64,000 nucleotides of DNA. Origin: a virus (Duplodnaviria > Caudoviricetes). Under the pieces are notes generated by a model. The model did not search any database and was not told the origin of the DNA. It saw only the letters and a list, made by a program, of their open reading frames with translations. A program made the position numbers and the translations under genes. The stretch lies in IMG/VR virus record IMGVR_UViG_3300021979_000003, positions 96,001 through 160,000 of that record. One strand, written 5' to 3'. Below are positions 27,846 through 38,300 of the stretch, piece by piece; within the stretch, counting starts at the first letter, position 1; each line of letters starts with the position of its first letter.

Positions 27846-30146
27846 ATGGGTTGGAAAAGTAGATACAACACAATTAAAATAAAGCCTAGACCACAAGAAG
27901 GGACTCAAGGTAGTTCCTCTACGACTAGTATAAACAATAATAAATCTTGGCTACCACAGTTTTACCAAGGCTCTTATGATCGTATCGCTCGTTATATGCA
28001 GTATGATCATATGGATTATGACGTTGATATTAACTTGGCACTCGATACTATAGCCGAATTCTGTACTCTTAATAGTGAATACGATGATATGCCGTTTGAG
28101 TTACAGGTTTCAGATGAAATTTCAAGTTCAGATGTAGTAGTTCTTCGCGAACTTCTAAAACGTTGGGTTCGTATTAATGAGTTTTCTTCACGCCTTTTTG
28201 ATATTTTTCGTAATGTAATTAAGTATGGTGATCAAATAATGATTCGCGACCCTGAAAGCTTTAAATTGTATTGGGTTGATATTTACAATGTTGCGAAAGT
28301 GCTAGTAAATGAAGAAGAAGGTAAAGAACCTGAGTATTATTTTATAAAGAATCTATCTTTCAATCTTACTGATTTGATTGCAACTGACGACTCTAAACTT
28401 CTTATGAATATTCCCCTAGCTGGTGGTGTTAGAGCAAGCCGTATGACAAGCTCTCAGAGCTTCACAGGCTTCGGCAACGAATCTTACACAAACAACTACG
28501 GTTCTGACAATGACGTTGATAGAGAGTATCCGGTAGCCTCTAGTCATGTAGTTCATATTACTAAGTCAACTGGCATGGACAATCTTTGGCCGTTTGGCCG
28601 AAGTGTACTTGATTCAGTATTCAAGCCTTTTAAACAGAAAGAACTACTTGAAGATGCAATCATTATCTATCGTGTGCAGCGTTCCCCAGAACGTTTGATG
28701 TTCAAGATTGATACTGGTGGTATGTCACCAAAACGTGCTAACGAATACGTAAACACTATTGCTGATACTTTTAGACAAAAGCGCCAGCCTGTTGTTGATT
28801 ACAACAAGGGCGAGACAATTATGGATACCACATATAATCCAATGTCTATCACTGAGGATTTCTTCTTTGCTCAAGGCCCTGACGGTCGAGGCTCTAGTGT
28901 AGAAGTACTTCCCGGTGGTGAGTGTTTAGCTCTAGAAACTGAAGTGCGTTTGATTGATGGTACAACTGATACTCTAAAGAATCTTATAAAAAGATATGAA
29001 GACGGTGAAATGTTAATGACCTACACCGTAGATAAAGTTACCGGAGTTGTGTGTCCTGCGATGATCACATGGGCAGGCGTGACAAGACAGAATGCTGATG
29101 TTATCAAACTACATTTTAGTGATGGCGAAAGTGTTATATGTACTCCTGATCACGAATTCCCTGTTAAGGGTAAGGGTTATGTTCAAGCACAAGACATCGA
29201 AGACGGTGATGAATTCTTTGTTCTTCATGAACGTTTTGAAGATAACAAACTTCAGTACTATGTTGATAGAACACAAGAATGGTCCTCAACCGAAGAAATG
29301 TTTAATGACTTCTTTGATGAATTTGGTAAACCATACCGATTCAAAGACTATTATACTGATCAATTAGACCGTGAAGGTGATGTAATTGAGTACAAAACAC
29401 TAGAACGTAAAGAATCTATTGGCACTATGGATACTGGTACTTTAACCATCGACGGTGCTGAAAGGTTTACTGATAATCATACATTCCCAATTGGTAACGG
29501 TATTTTCACTAAAAACTCAACAGGTAGTATTGAAGACTTGAAGTTCTTCACTTCAAGAATGATTCGTGGTCTACGTGTCCCAATTGCATATATGTCTTAC
29601 CTAACAGAAGACGGTCAGACTTATCAATATAATGATGGTAAGACTGGTACTGCTTATATGGAAGAGTTTAAATTCTCCAAGTATTGTGAGCGATTACAGA
29701 AGCAGGTTATTCGAACATTGAACCGTGAGTTCAAGCTTTTTGTTAAAAATCAGGAAGTAGATATTAGTTCCGGTGATTTTGATATTAAGTTTGTTGAGCC
29801 ACAGAGCTTTAGTGAGTATCGTCAGATCGAACTTGATACTGCACAAATGGCTGTATTCCAGAGTGTTGCTGATGTGCCTTATATGTCTAAGCGTTTTGTT
29901 ATGAAGAGGTTCATGGGTCTAAGCGATGCCGAGATTAAAGAGAATGAGAATCTATGGATGGAAGAAAAAGGATTCGATGTTACTCTTTCTAAAGCAAATG
30001 CGTCTGAAGGTGACATTAACGTTCCAAATGAAGAAGATATTGATGAATTGGAACAGGAAGAGCTTACAGCCGATGAGGAACAGGAGAACTCAGAAGACTT
30101 GGATATTGATATGGACTTTGGTGATGAAGGGGGTAATGAGGAATGA
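27846..30146 (+). CDS. gp20: Portal protein (T4 gp20-like) with mini-intein
   Basis: IIIYRVQRSPERLMFKIDTG, EDFFFAQGPDGRGSSVEVLPGG, IEDLKFF..RGLRVP, EEFKFSKYCERLQ. Confidence 0.92.
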   Translation: MGWKSRYNTIKIKPRPQEGTQGSSSTTSINNNKSWLPQFYQGSYDRIARYMQYDHMDYDVDINLALDTIAEFCTLNSEYDDMPFELQVSDEISSSDVVVLRELLKRWVRINEFSSRLFDIFRNVIKYGDQIMIRDPESFKLYWVDIYNVAKVLVNEEEGKEPEYYFIKNLSFNLTDLIATDDSKLLMNIPLAGGVRASRMTSSQSFTGFGNESYTNNYGSDNDVDREYPVASSHVVHITKSTGMDNLWPFGRSVLDSVFKPFKQKELLEDAIIIYRVQRSPERLMFKIDTGGMSPKRANEYVNTIADTFRQKRQPVVDYNKGETIMDTTYNPMSITEDFFFAQGPDGRGSSVEVLPGGECLALETEVRLIDGTTDTLKNLIKRYEDGEMLMTYTVDKVTGVVCPAMITWAGVTRQNADVIKLHFSDGESVICTPDHEFPVKGKGYVQAQDIEDGDEFFVLHERFEDNKLQYYVDRTQEWSSTEEMFNDFFDEFGKPYRFKDYYTDQLDREGDVIEYKTLERKESIGTMDTGTLTIDGAERFTDNHTFPIGNGIFTKNSTGSIEDLKFFTSRMIRGLRVPIAYMSYLTEDGQTYQYNDGKTGTAYMEEFKFSKYCERLQKQVIRTLNREFKLFVKNQEVDISSGDFDIKFVEPQSFSEYRQIELDTAQMAVFQSVADVPYMSKRFVMKRFMGLSDAEIKENENLWMEEKGFDVTLSKANASEGDINVPNEEDIDELEQEELTADEEQENSEDLDIDMDFGDEGGNEE
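28923..29516 (+). mobile_element. Mini-intein (198 aa) in portal
   Basis: E|CLALET start, CTPDH block B, TGTLTIDG block F, GIFTKN|S end; no endonuclease motifs. Confidence 0.88.
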
Positions 30147-30343
30147 AGTTAGGTGATCTAACAGAATCTACCGAAAAGGAACAGCCATCTAAGATTAAGT
30201 CTAGGAGAACAACTAGACTTACCATGGCTCATTTGTTGAAGATGAGACGCATACGTGAGAAGAAAAAACTTGAAAAGCTTAAGGATCAAAAGCTTTATCA
30301 AGTGATGTATTCTCCTGATGAAGGTGGAGGTGGAGGTTTCTAA
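30143..30343 (+). CDS. Small basic protein downstream of portal
   Basis: 66 aa, overlaps portal stop (ATGA), basic helix. Confidence 0.65.
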   Translation: MKLGDLTESTEKEQPSKIKSRRTTRLTMAHLLKMRRIREKKKLEKLKDQKLYQVMYSPDEGGGGGF

Positions 30344-30370
30344 CTTTCACTATAAAAATAGCAAAAAGTT

Positions 30371-30402
30371 AAAAATGCACACTTTTTAGTGTGCATTTTT
30401 TT
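30371..30402 (+). terminator. Rho-independent terminator
   Basis: aaaaatgcacact-tttt-agtgtgcattttt 13-bp stem plus T-run. Confidence 0.75.
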
Positions 30403-30407
30403 ATTCA

Positions 30408-30415
30408 TATAAATA
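30408..30415 (+). promoter_or_regulatory. Late promoter of head operon
   Basis: TATAAATA upstream of prohead core gene. Confidence 0.75.
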
Positions 30416-30462
30416 ATATACGACATTAATGAACCACTTTGAGATTTAGGAGAATTAAAATT

Positions 30463-30993
30463 ATGTCTAAAGTAACAATGCAAGATGTATTCAGTCTTTT
30501 GAAAGAAGATAATGAAGAACTAGCACGTGAGAAGATGCGTGAGTTTATTATTCAGCGTTCTCGTGAGATTCATGAAGGTATCATGGAATCTGACCTATCT
30601 GAAGACGACGTTCTAACAGCCGAGCTAGAAGACGAGCTAGAAGATCAGTCCGAAGACCTAGAAGGTATGGAAGCTGAAGTAGACGGTGAAGAAATTTATG
30701 ACGACGAAGGTGTTGAAGACGCAGTAGACGATCTAGAGTCTGGTGAAGACGCTATTGATGACGTTGAAGATCGTGTAGACAGCATCGAAGACGAGCTTGA
30801 AGAACTTAAGCGTGAGTTCGAAGAGTATATGTCTGATGAGGAAGGTTCTGAGGAAGATTCCGAAGAAGGTTCCGATGAAGAAATGGAAATGGGTGACGAA
30901 GAATCCGAAGAAGAGTCCGAAGAAGAAATGGGCGACGTTGAAGATTCACTAGACGCCGACATTGAGAACATCGAAGACGAAGAAAATAATTAA
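30463..30993 (+). CDS. Acidic prohead core protein (gp67/68-like position)
   Basis: Extremely D/E-rich, between portal and protease; SD aggaga before ATG 30463. Confidence 0.7.
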   Translation: MSKVTMQDVFSLLKEDNEELAREKMREFIIQRSREIHEGIMESDLSEDDVLTAELEDELEDQSEDLEGMEAEVDGEEIYDDEGVEDAVDDLESGEDAIDDVEDRVDSIEDELEELKREFEEYMSDEEGSEEDSEEGSDEEMEMGDEESEEESEEEMGDVEDSLDADIENIEDEENN

Positions 30994-31017
30994 TTAAAGA
31001 TTTAAGGAACGTCAATT

Positions 31018-31665
31018 ATGCGTCCAAGCCAAATATTAACAGAACATTTAGGATTCTCACAAGCCAACCTGCACCTTGAAGAAAACGAGGCAAGGGGAAC
31101 TGGTGAAAAATCATTTTATCTAAATGGTATTTTCATTCAGGGTGACGTAAAGAACCATAATGGTCGTGTATATCCTTCGTCTGAAATCCGTAGTGCGGTA
31201 GATGATATTAATCATCGCATTAGTAAAGGGTTCTCAGTTTTGGGTGAAGTTGATCATCCAGAAACTTTAACAATTAACTTGGACAGGGTAAGTCATGTTA
31301 TTGAAAGTATGTGGATGAACGGTAGTAACGGACATGGAAAGTTGAAAATTCTACCTACACCTATGGGCAAGATCATTGGGTCACTTTTGGAATCTGGTGT
31401 GAAGCTAGGTGTTAGTTCTCGTGGATCAGGTAACTTAGATCATACTGGTAATGTTGCAGACTTTGAAATTATTACCGTAGATATCGTTGCTAATCCATCT
31501 GCACCAGAAGCATATCCTAAAGCGATTTACGAAAGCCTTATGAACATGAATGGTGGAATGCAGATGATGGAAACTGCCAAACATGTAAATACAGGTAGCA
31601 GCGCAGCTAATAGACATTTTGCTAATCAAATGAAAAAGTTTATTAGTGAGTTGGATAAAAAATAA
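31018..31665 (+). CDS. gp21: Prohead protease (T4 gp21-like)
   Basis: GIFIQGDVKNHNGRVYP, LGEVDHP, GVSSRGSG, DIVANPSAPEA. Confidence 0.95.
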   Translation: MRPSQILTEHLGFSQANLHLEENEARGTGEKSFYLNGIFIQGDVKNHNGRVYPSSEIRSAVDDINHRISKGFSVLGEVDHPETLTINLDRVSHVIESMWMNGSNGHGKLKILPTPMGKIIGSLLESGVKLGVSSRGSGNLDHTGNVADFEIITVDIVANPSAPEAYPKAIYESLMNMNGGMQMMETAKHVNTGSSAANRHFANQMKKFISELDKK

Positions 31666-31683
31666 TTAATAGGAGAATTAAAG

Positions 31684-33036
31684 ATGAGTAAAGGTATTAA
31701 CAATCTACTAAGCTCTATGGGCTTAAGTGATGACCTACGTGACGAAGTTCTAGAAGCATGGGAAGCGGTTAAGGAAGAAAACAAGCAACATGCTATCGAG
31801 CAGGTTCGCCAAGAATATCGCGAACAATACAAGAAAGACATGGATGCCATGGTTCTTGCTGCTGAGACTATCGTAAATGAATCTCTAGAAAAGGAACTAA
31901 CAGAGTTCAATGAAGATCGTCAGAAACTTCATGAGGGCAAAAAAGTACTTCTTAAGAATCTTAAGAAAGCTAAAGCTCTTAAAGAGAGTCACGAAGAAAA
32001 GGTCAACAAGCGAGTTGAAGTATTTGAAAACTTTGTTATGGACACACTAAAGTCTGAACTATCTGAGTTCGCTCAAGATCGTCAGCAACTAGAAGAAAAC
32101 ATGGCAAAGGAAAGAATGAAGCTTGTGAAAGAACAAATGCGTACTAAGAAGCTAGCGGAAAGCAAAGAAAAGGCGCTTAACCTATTGGTTAAAGATGTTC
32201 TTAAGGAAGAAATCAGCGAATTCCAAAATGATCGTAAACACTTTGTAGAAAGTATTGGTAAAATGGAAAACCTAATGGTTAGTCAGCTAACCGAAGAGCT
32301 AAGCGAATTCCAAGAAGACCGTAAGGAACTTCAGGAACGTCGTGTAGAGCTAGAAAAGGAATACAACCGTAAGCTTGAAGAAGCTAAGAATGTGTTCATT
32401 CAACGTGCAAGTAAATCCGCAGAGTCTATCGTTAACGAAACTCTATCAAGCGAACTAGCTTCACTAAAAGAAGACATTCAGGTTGCTAAACAGAACACAT
32501 TTGGTAGAAAGCTATTCGAAGCTTTTGCTAGTGAGTTCTACTATTCTCACATGTCTGAGAACACAGAAATTTCTAAAATTCTGAACAAACTCGAAGAAAG
32601 TGAGAAAAATGCGCAAAAATTGCAGAAAATTGTTAAAGAACAGGCTGAAACTATAAATAAAACTAGACATGAGCTAAACGAAACTCGTGAGAGTTCTGTA
32701 CGTGAAGCTAAGATTGACAAACTTGTACGTCCACTAGCTGCTACTCAGAAGAAGATTATGTCTAAGCTTTTAGAAGGTGTTGAAGCTGAAAAACTAGATG
32801 AGGCTTTCGAGCGTTATCTACCAAGTGTACTAGAGCGTAACAGTTCTACCACTAAAAAGGCAGCAAGTAGTGAAGCAAATGGTCGTAAGAAATTGAGCGA
32901 AAGTAACGGAAACCGTGAAAAGCGCAAACATATTGCCGAGAGCAAGAGCGCTGGTAAGCCAGAAATCGCAAATGATGAATACGCTGATGAGATTTCTAAA
33001 ATTATCTCTCAAGCAGGCATTAAACACAAAAAATAA
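31684..33036 (+). CDS. gp22: Prohead scaffold/core protein (T4 gp22-like)
   Basis: 450-aa E/K-rich coiled coil between protease and capsid; FGRKLFEAF segment. Confidence 0.85.
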   Translation: MSKGINNLLSSMGLSDDLRDEVLEAWEAVKEENKQHAIEQVRQEYREQYKKDMDAMVLAAETIVNESLEKELTEFNEDRQKLHEGKKVLLKNLKKAKALKESHEEKVNKRVEVFENFVMDTLKSELSEFAQDRQQLEENMAKERMKLVKEQMRTKKLAESKEKALNLLVKDVLKEEISEFQNDRKHFVESIGKMENLMVSQLTEELSEFQEDRKELQERRVELEKEYNRKLEEAKNVFIQRASKSAESIVNETLSSELASLKEDIQVAKQNTFGRKLFEAFASEFYYSHMSENTEISKILNKLEESEKNAQKLQKIVKEQAETINKTRHELNETRESSVREAKIDKLVRPLAATQKKIMSKLLEGVEAEKLDEAFERYLPSVLERNSSTTKKAASSEANGRKKLSESNGNREKRKHIAESKSAGKPEIANDEYADEISKIISQAGIKHKK

Positions 33037-33062
33037 TAATTTATTAATAGGAGAAAATTAAA

Positions 33063-34247
33063 ATGGCTACTAATTTATTTGAAGGACAAGCGTGGAACCA
33101 AGTGAAAACTGGTCTATGTGAAGGTCTTGAAAACAAAAAGCGTGAGAACTTCGAGAAGGTTCTAGAAAACACTCGTAAGTTCATGATGAACGAATCTGCA
33201 TCTTTCGGTGCAACCAGTTCCGGTAATATCGCGACTCTAAACAAGGTAATTCTACCTATGCTACGTCGTGTAATGCCAAACGTTATTGCGAACGAAATCA
33301 TGGGTGTACAGCCTCTTCCGGGTCCAGTTGCTCAGATTCATACCATGCGTTATGTTTATTCTCAGAACTCTTCTGAAGTAAATGCTGGTACTGAAGCACT
33401 ATCCCCATTCGACGTTGCACGTGCTTACTCTGGTAACGATGACGCTGCTAATCCAGCCGCTGCATCTACTGCAACTCTAGAAGGTCAGCCCGGTAAGAAA
33501 ATCGCTGTTAACATCGTTAAGCAGACCGCTGAAGCGAAGACACGTCGTCTAAGCTCTCGTTGGACTGTTGAAGCTGCTCAGGATGCTGAGAGCCAGTTCG
33601 GTGTTGATATCGAGTCTGAAATCATGGCTGGTCTAGCACAAGAAATTACCACTGAAATCGACCAAGAGCTACTAGGTCGTCTACGTAACCTAGCACGTAC
33701 TGGTGCTATCTACGACATGACTCAGGACGCTGATTTCACTGGTTCCCCAACTTTCGTTGGTGACCGTCACGCGGTTCTAACTACATTGATCAACCAGCAA
33801 GCTAACCTAATCGCTCAGCGTACTCGTCGTGGTCGCGCTAATTGGGTAGTTGTTGATCCAATGGCACTAACTATTCTACAGTCTGCGACAACTTCCGGTT
33901 TCGCACGTACTACTGAAGCAACCTTTGACGATCCAGACAACCAGAAGCTAGTTGGTACTCTAAACAACACCATGAAGGTGTATGTTGATACCTACGCTGA
34001 TGAAGGTACTCCGGTTCTAATCGGTTACAAGGGTCAGAACGAGTTTGACGCTGGCGCATTCTATTGCCCATACGTTCCTCTAACTGCAACTCCTGTGATC
34101 ACTGATCCAAACACCTTCGAGAACGTTGTTGGCTTCATGAGCCGTTACGCTTATGTTGAACTAAGCAACAGCGCTAGCTCCTTCGGTAACGCAGCGGATT
34201 ACGTATCCAAGATCGATATTCCTGCTGGTTCTATCAAGTTTATCTAA
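33063..34247 (+). CDS. gp23: Major capsid protein (T4 gp23-like)
   Basis: LPMLRRVMP..IA..IMGVQPL.GP, KTRRLSSRWTVEAAQD, EITTEIDQE, GAFYCPYVPL, SRYA. Confidence 0.96.
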   Translation: MATNLFEGQAWNQVKTGLCEGLENKKRENFEKVLENTRKFMMNESASFGATSSGNIATLNKVILPMLRRVMPNVIANEIMGVQPLPGPVAQIHTMRYVYSQNSSEVNAGTEALSPFDVARAYSGNDDAANPAAASTATLEGQPGKKIAVNIVKQTAEAKTRRLSSRWTVEAAQDAESQFGVDIESEIMAGLAQEITTEIDQELLGRLRNLARTGAIYDMTQDADFTGSPTFVGDRHAVLTTLINQQANLIAQRTRRGRANWVVVDPMALTILQSATTSGFARTTEATFDDPDNQKLVGTLNNTMKVYVDTYADEGTPVLIGYKGQNEFDAGAFYCPYVPLTATPVITDPNTFENVVGFMSRYAYVELSNSASSFGNAADYVSKIDIPAGSIKFI

Positions 34248-34288
34248 TAGGCTTGAACCGAAAGAAGGTTACGGATGTAACACAGTAA

Positions 34289-34825
34289 TTAAAGACTCTC
34301 TTCGGAGAGTCTTTTTTCTTGCCTGTCAAAAAACTTTTGAAGTCTACGTTGCACTCTTAGAAGCTCAGAATCAAATCCTTCATTTCTCATGGGTGGTGCC
34401 ACTCTAACGAAGTTCTTAGGATAGAGTCTAGCATTTCTTTTCTTATCATCTACCAATACAATATTTTCAATATCATATTTGTCTGTAAATATAGAAATAT
34501 CTTTTACAATGTCACCTTGATAAAACGTAGTACTTTCTGTCCCGTAACATCCAACAATATTGATATCTGAGAAAATTTCCCTACGAACTTTCCTGACATA
34601 GTTTACATTTGCAGTACTAAATAAAACAATATCTGCATCTAATTCATTGGTAATAAACTCTAGAAGCTCAGTAGCACCAGTGCGCTCAAAGCATGAATTA
34701 CCTTCCAATGAATATTGCCATTCGACCAACGTTTCATCAACATCACAAACTACAAGACGTTTTTTCAAATTAATTTCCTCATCATCATAAAACACCATTA
34801 TAGCAAAATCTTCAGGGATTTTCAA
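34289..34825 (-). CDS. FCP1/NIF-like HAD phosphatase (likely start ATG 34798)
   Basis: LVVCDVDETL (DxDxT), LFSTA, KDIS, IVLVDD. Confidence 0.75.
   Translation of the reverse strand: MKIPEDFAIMVFYDDEEINLKKRLVVCDVDETLVEWQYSLEGNSCFERTGATELLEFITNELDADIVLFSTANVNYVRKVRREIFSDINIVGCYGTESTTFYQGDIVKDISIFTDKYDIENIVLVDDKKRNARLYPKNFVRVAPPMRNEGFDSELLRVQRRLQKFFDRQEKRLSEESL
34291..34320. terminator. Terminator after capsid gene (UUCG tetraloop)
   Basis: aaagactctc-ttcg-gagagtcttt plus T-run. Confidence 0.9.
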
Positions 34826-34865
34826 GGATAAATAATACTGTTACGTGACACTATAGGAGAACACA

Positions 34866-35294
34866 ATGATTTTATTTTACCACAATAAACCAAAATCATC
34901 TATTCCTTACAATGCAAAAGCTATACGAATTGAAGAAGTAGATGACATAAAACCAAACTTGAAAACCCTATTAGAAGAGAATGAAGGAAAAGAACATGTA
35001 GATGTATGCGTGTTTGATGGAGAGTTTGAAGACTCTACCCTAATGGAATATTTCAAAAAGTACCTAAATCTTTCTGTATTCAGGGTATCTATTATCGACC
35101 CAATGAAAGTATATGATTTATCAAATGCATTAGAAGTTAATACTTTGGTTTCTTTTTCCAAACCTAATGCTATGACTAGAATTAAAAAGATCAAAGAAAG
35201 TATGCCTTATGCTAAAACACATATGATTGACGATTACCGTTACAGCATCATTAATGTTCAACGTCAAGACTTTGATACCAATAAGAATAAATAA
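34866..35294 (+). CDS. Hypothetical protein
   Basis: 142 aa, SD aggaga, GATAAATA at 34827..34834. Confidence 0.65.
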   Translation: MILFYHNKPKSSIPYNAKAIRIEEVDDIKPNLKTLLEENEGKEHVDVCVFDGEFEDSTLMEYFKKYLNLSVFRVSIIDPMKVYDLSNALEVNTLVSFSKPNAMTRIKKIKESMPYAKTHMIDDYRYSIINVQRQDFDTNKNK

Positions 35295-35315
35295 AAATAA
35301 ACGGGATTATTTTCT

Positions 35316-38300
35316 ATGGCAAAGCGACTATATTTTAAAGACTATTATTATTTACAAGGCAATAACGTACACATTCATGGTGTAGGCGGTTTTAAAGTAC
35401 CTACTGGTGACACTAACCAACGTCCTACCGTAATGGAAGGCATTGTGCGTTATAATACTGAAACCAATTCATGGGAGTTAGGTACTCATGATGACATGGT
35501 TATTTTTAATACTAACAATGATGGATCGAGTACTTTCTACACTAAACAAGGTGGTACTTTGTTTGGTGACATCATCATGGATGATGGTAGAAAAATACAG
35601 AATGCCGATGGTTCTTATATTCGTCCAAGCTATGGATTTGCTAATGATCTAGACACTGGTCTTTTTAGAAGTGCAGAAAACACAATTGATGTTGTGGTTG
35701 GTGGTGAGCTAAATTCAAACTCAGTCCCTGCTATTCGTGTTTCACGTAACGGCTCTTCTACTGGTGACTTTGATCAAGTCGTTGAAATAAATGCAGACCT
35801 TGTGATTAATGGTACTGTTACTAATGTGAACAGTGTTGATCTTGAGGTAGAAGATAATACTATAACTTTAAACAAGAATGGTACAAATGCTGGTCGCTCT
35901 GGTATAGAGATAGAAGCAAACGGTAGTATTGCTTCAAGGTTCTACTATGACTTCAGTAAGTCTAAGTGGTCAACTAACAACATTTCTATAACAGATATAC
36001 CTCTCCCGGTAATGGGTACTGACGTTACAAATAAAAACTATGTCGATGTGGAAATTCAAACCCTAGATGATGATCTATCTGCTGTTATTGCACAGAATTA
36101 TCAAACACTTGATCAAAAGATTGATAATGAAATCAACCGTGCAACTACCCGAGAAAATACAATAGAATCTAATCTTAATGCTGAGATTACACGTGCTACT
36201 GGTGAAGAACAGCGCATAGAAGACAAGTTCGACAATGCGGTAACCAACCTTAATAATACAGATGCTAGCTTACAACAGCAAATAAACAATGAAGTAACAC
36301 GTGCTACTGGTGAAGAACAGCGCATAGAAAATAAATTTGATACTGCTGTTACTAATCTTAATAACACTGATGCTGACTTACAACAACAGATAACTGATGA
36401 AGTATCACGAGCAACAACACGTGAAGATGATTTGCAACAACAAATCACTGATGAAGTTAACCGTGCAACTACTCGTGAGAATAATATCGATACAGCACTT
36501 ACTAATGAGATTACACGTGCTACAAACGAAGAGCAGCGAATCGAAACCAAGTTTGATAACGCTATCTCTAGTTCACAAAGTACTGATGCTGACTTACAGC
36601 AACAGATCACTGACGAAGTAACACGTGCTACTGGTGAAGAACAGCGCATAGAAAATAAATTTGATACTTCTGTTACCAATCTTAATAACACTGATGCTGA
36701 CTTACAACAACAGATAACTGATGAAGTATCACGAGCAACAACACGTGAAGATGATTTGCAAACACAAATTGATGGAAAGGAAGATACTTTAGGATTTACC
36801 CCTGAAGATTCGGCTAATAAAAGTCAGCCTAACGGTTATGCAAGCCTAGACTCTAATGGTAAAGTACCAACTTCTGAACTACCCAACTCAGTGTTTGGTG
36901 GTATTGTATATCAAGGAGGTTGGGATGCAATCAACAATACTCCAACGTTACAGTCTGGTGTAGGTACTCGTGGTAATTACTATAAAGTTAATAATGCAAG
37001 TACTAACACGACCTTAAACACTGAACTCGATGGTGTTACTGATTGGGCAGAAGGCGATCTATTGCTATTCAATGGTACAGCTTGGGAAAAGTTTGATCAG
37101 ACAGATAAAGTAACCAGCGTAAGAGGCACGAACAATACAATACCTAAAGTTGGTGATGTAGTTCTTAGCCTACAGGATTTAGGAGCTTCGGCGTATGGAG
37201 CCGATCTTGCAACTGCAACTGATGCCCCAGATGGAAGATCGAAATTAGGTCTGGGAACGGCATCTACGTTGAATACAGGTACGTTAGAAGGCCAGATACC
37301 AGTTAGAGTTGTAAACGGTGACCTTACAGGCAATCTTTTAGGTAATGCTAATACAGCTTCTGAGCTACAAACAGCTAGAACTTTCAACTTCTTAGGTGAT
37401 GCTACAGGGTCTGCATCATTCAAAGGCGACAGTAATATTGACATCACATTAACTGTCCAAGACGACAGCCACAACCATATTATTTCTAATGTGGATGGAC
37501 TACAATCTGTATTGGATGGATTGCAGAACTCTATCGATGGGAAACTAGATGATACTGCAACTGCTACTAACTCTGATTTGCTAGACAATATAAGTTCAGA
37601 GCAATTTTTAAGAAGTGATGTATCTGATCTATTTACTTATACAAATCTAGGATTAGGAACTGGATTGATTCTTGAAGCTAATAGTGATGTGAATGTTACA
37701 CACAGCGGCTTAGTCATGAAAGCTGGTACTAATCCAACTGCCGGTGATAGATTACTTACGGTTAAGTCTGCTGGCGAATCACCACGTTTGATTGTTGAAC
37801 ATGACGGTGCTGTTAAAACTTCTAACAGTGATATGTACGTCGGTGTTGATGTTGCTGGCACAGGCGGAAATCGTGTGTTTCATGAAGGTTTCCACCCAAA
37901 TGCTGATGCATTAACTAATAGTGTGTCATTGAGTCTGAGTGGTGACGTTTCTGGAACTGCAACAACTGATTGGTCTGGTAATGTAGATATTGCTGTTGAA
38001 GTAGTTAATGATTCACATACCCATGAATGGTCTAACATAACAAGTAAGCCAGTAGGTTCTACCGGTGAAGTATATTACTTTGCTAATGACGGAAGTGCGG
38101 TAGAATCATCAATGATTTTACAACAATTGAGAATTGTTGATAACGCGCAAAGACTTTCAGAAGAGCAACAAATTGTCGTTTCGTTTGAGGATGTATTTAA
38201 TACATGGTATAGATTCTCTCATGGTGCATCAGAAACATATCCATCTGATGGAACCGAGACAAACGCTTGGAGTTATCAAAGTGCTACTGATACAGTCGAG

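Noticed and set aside
34248-34290. Small hairpins in the capsid 3' UTR (aacc/ggtt, gttac/gtaac) as an ncRNA
   Set aside because: Stems only 4-5 bp; adequately explained as sequence next to the UUCG terminator
36129-36776. Regularly spaced DNA repeats resembling a CRISPR array
   Set aside because: In-frame 54-bp coding units with synonymous variation, no unique spacers, no cas genes
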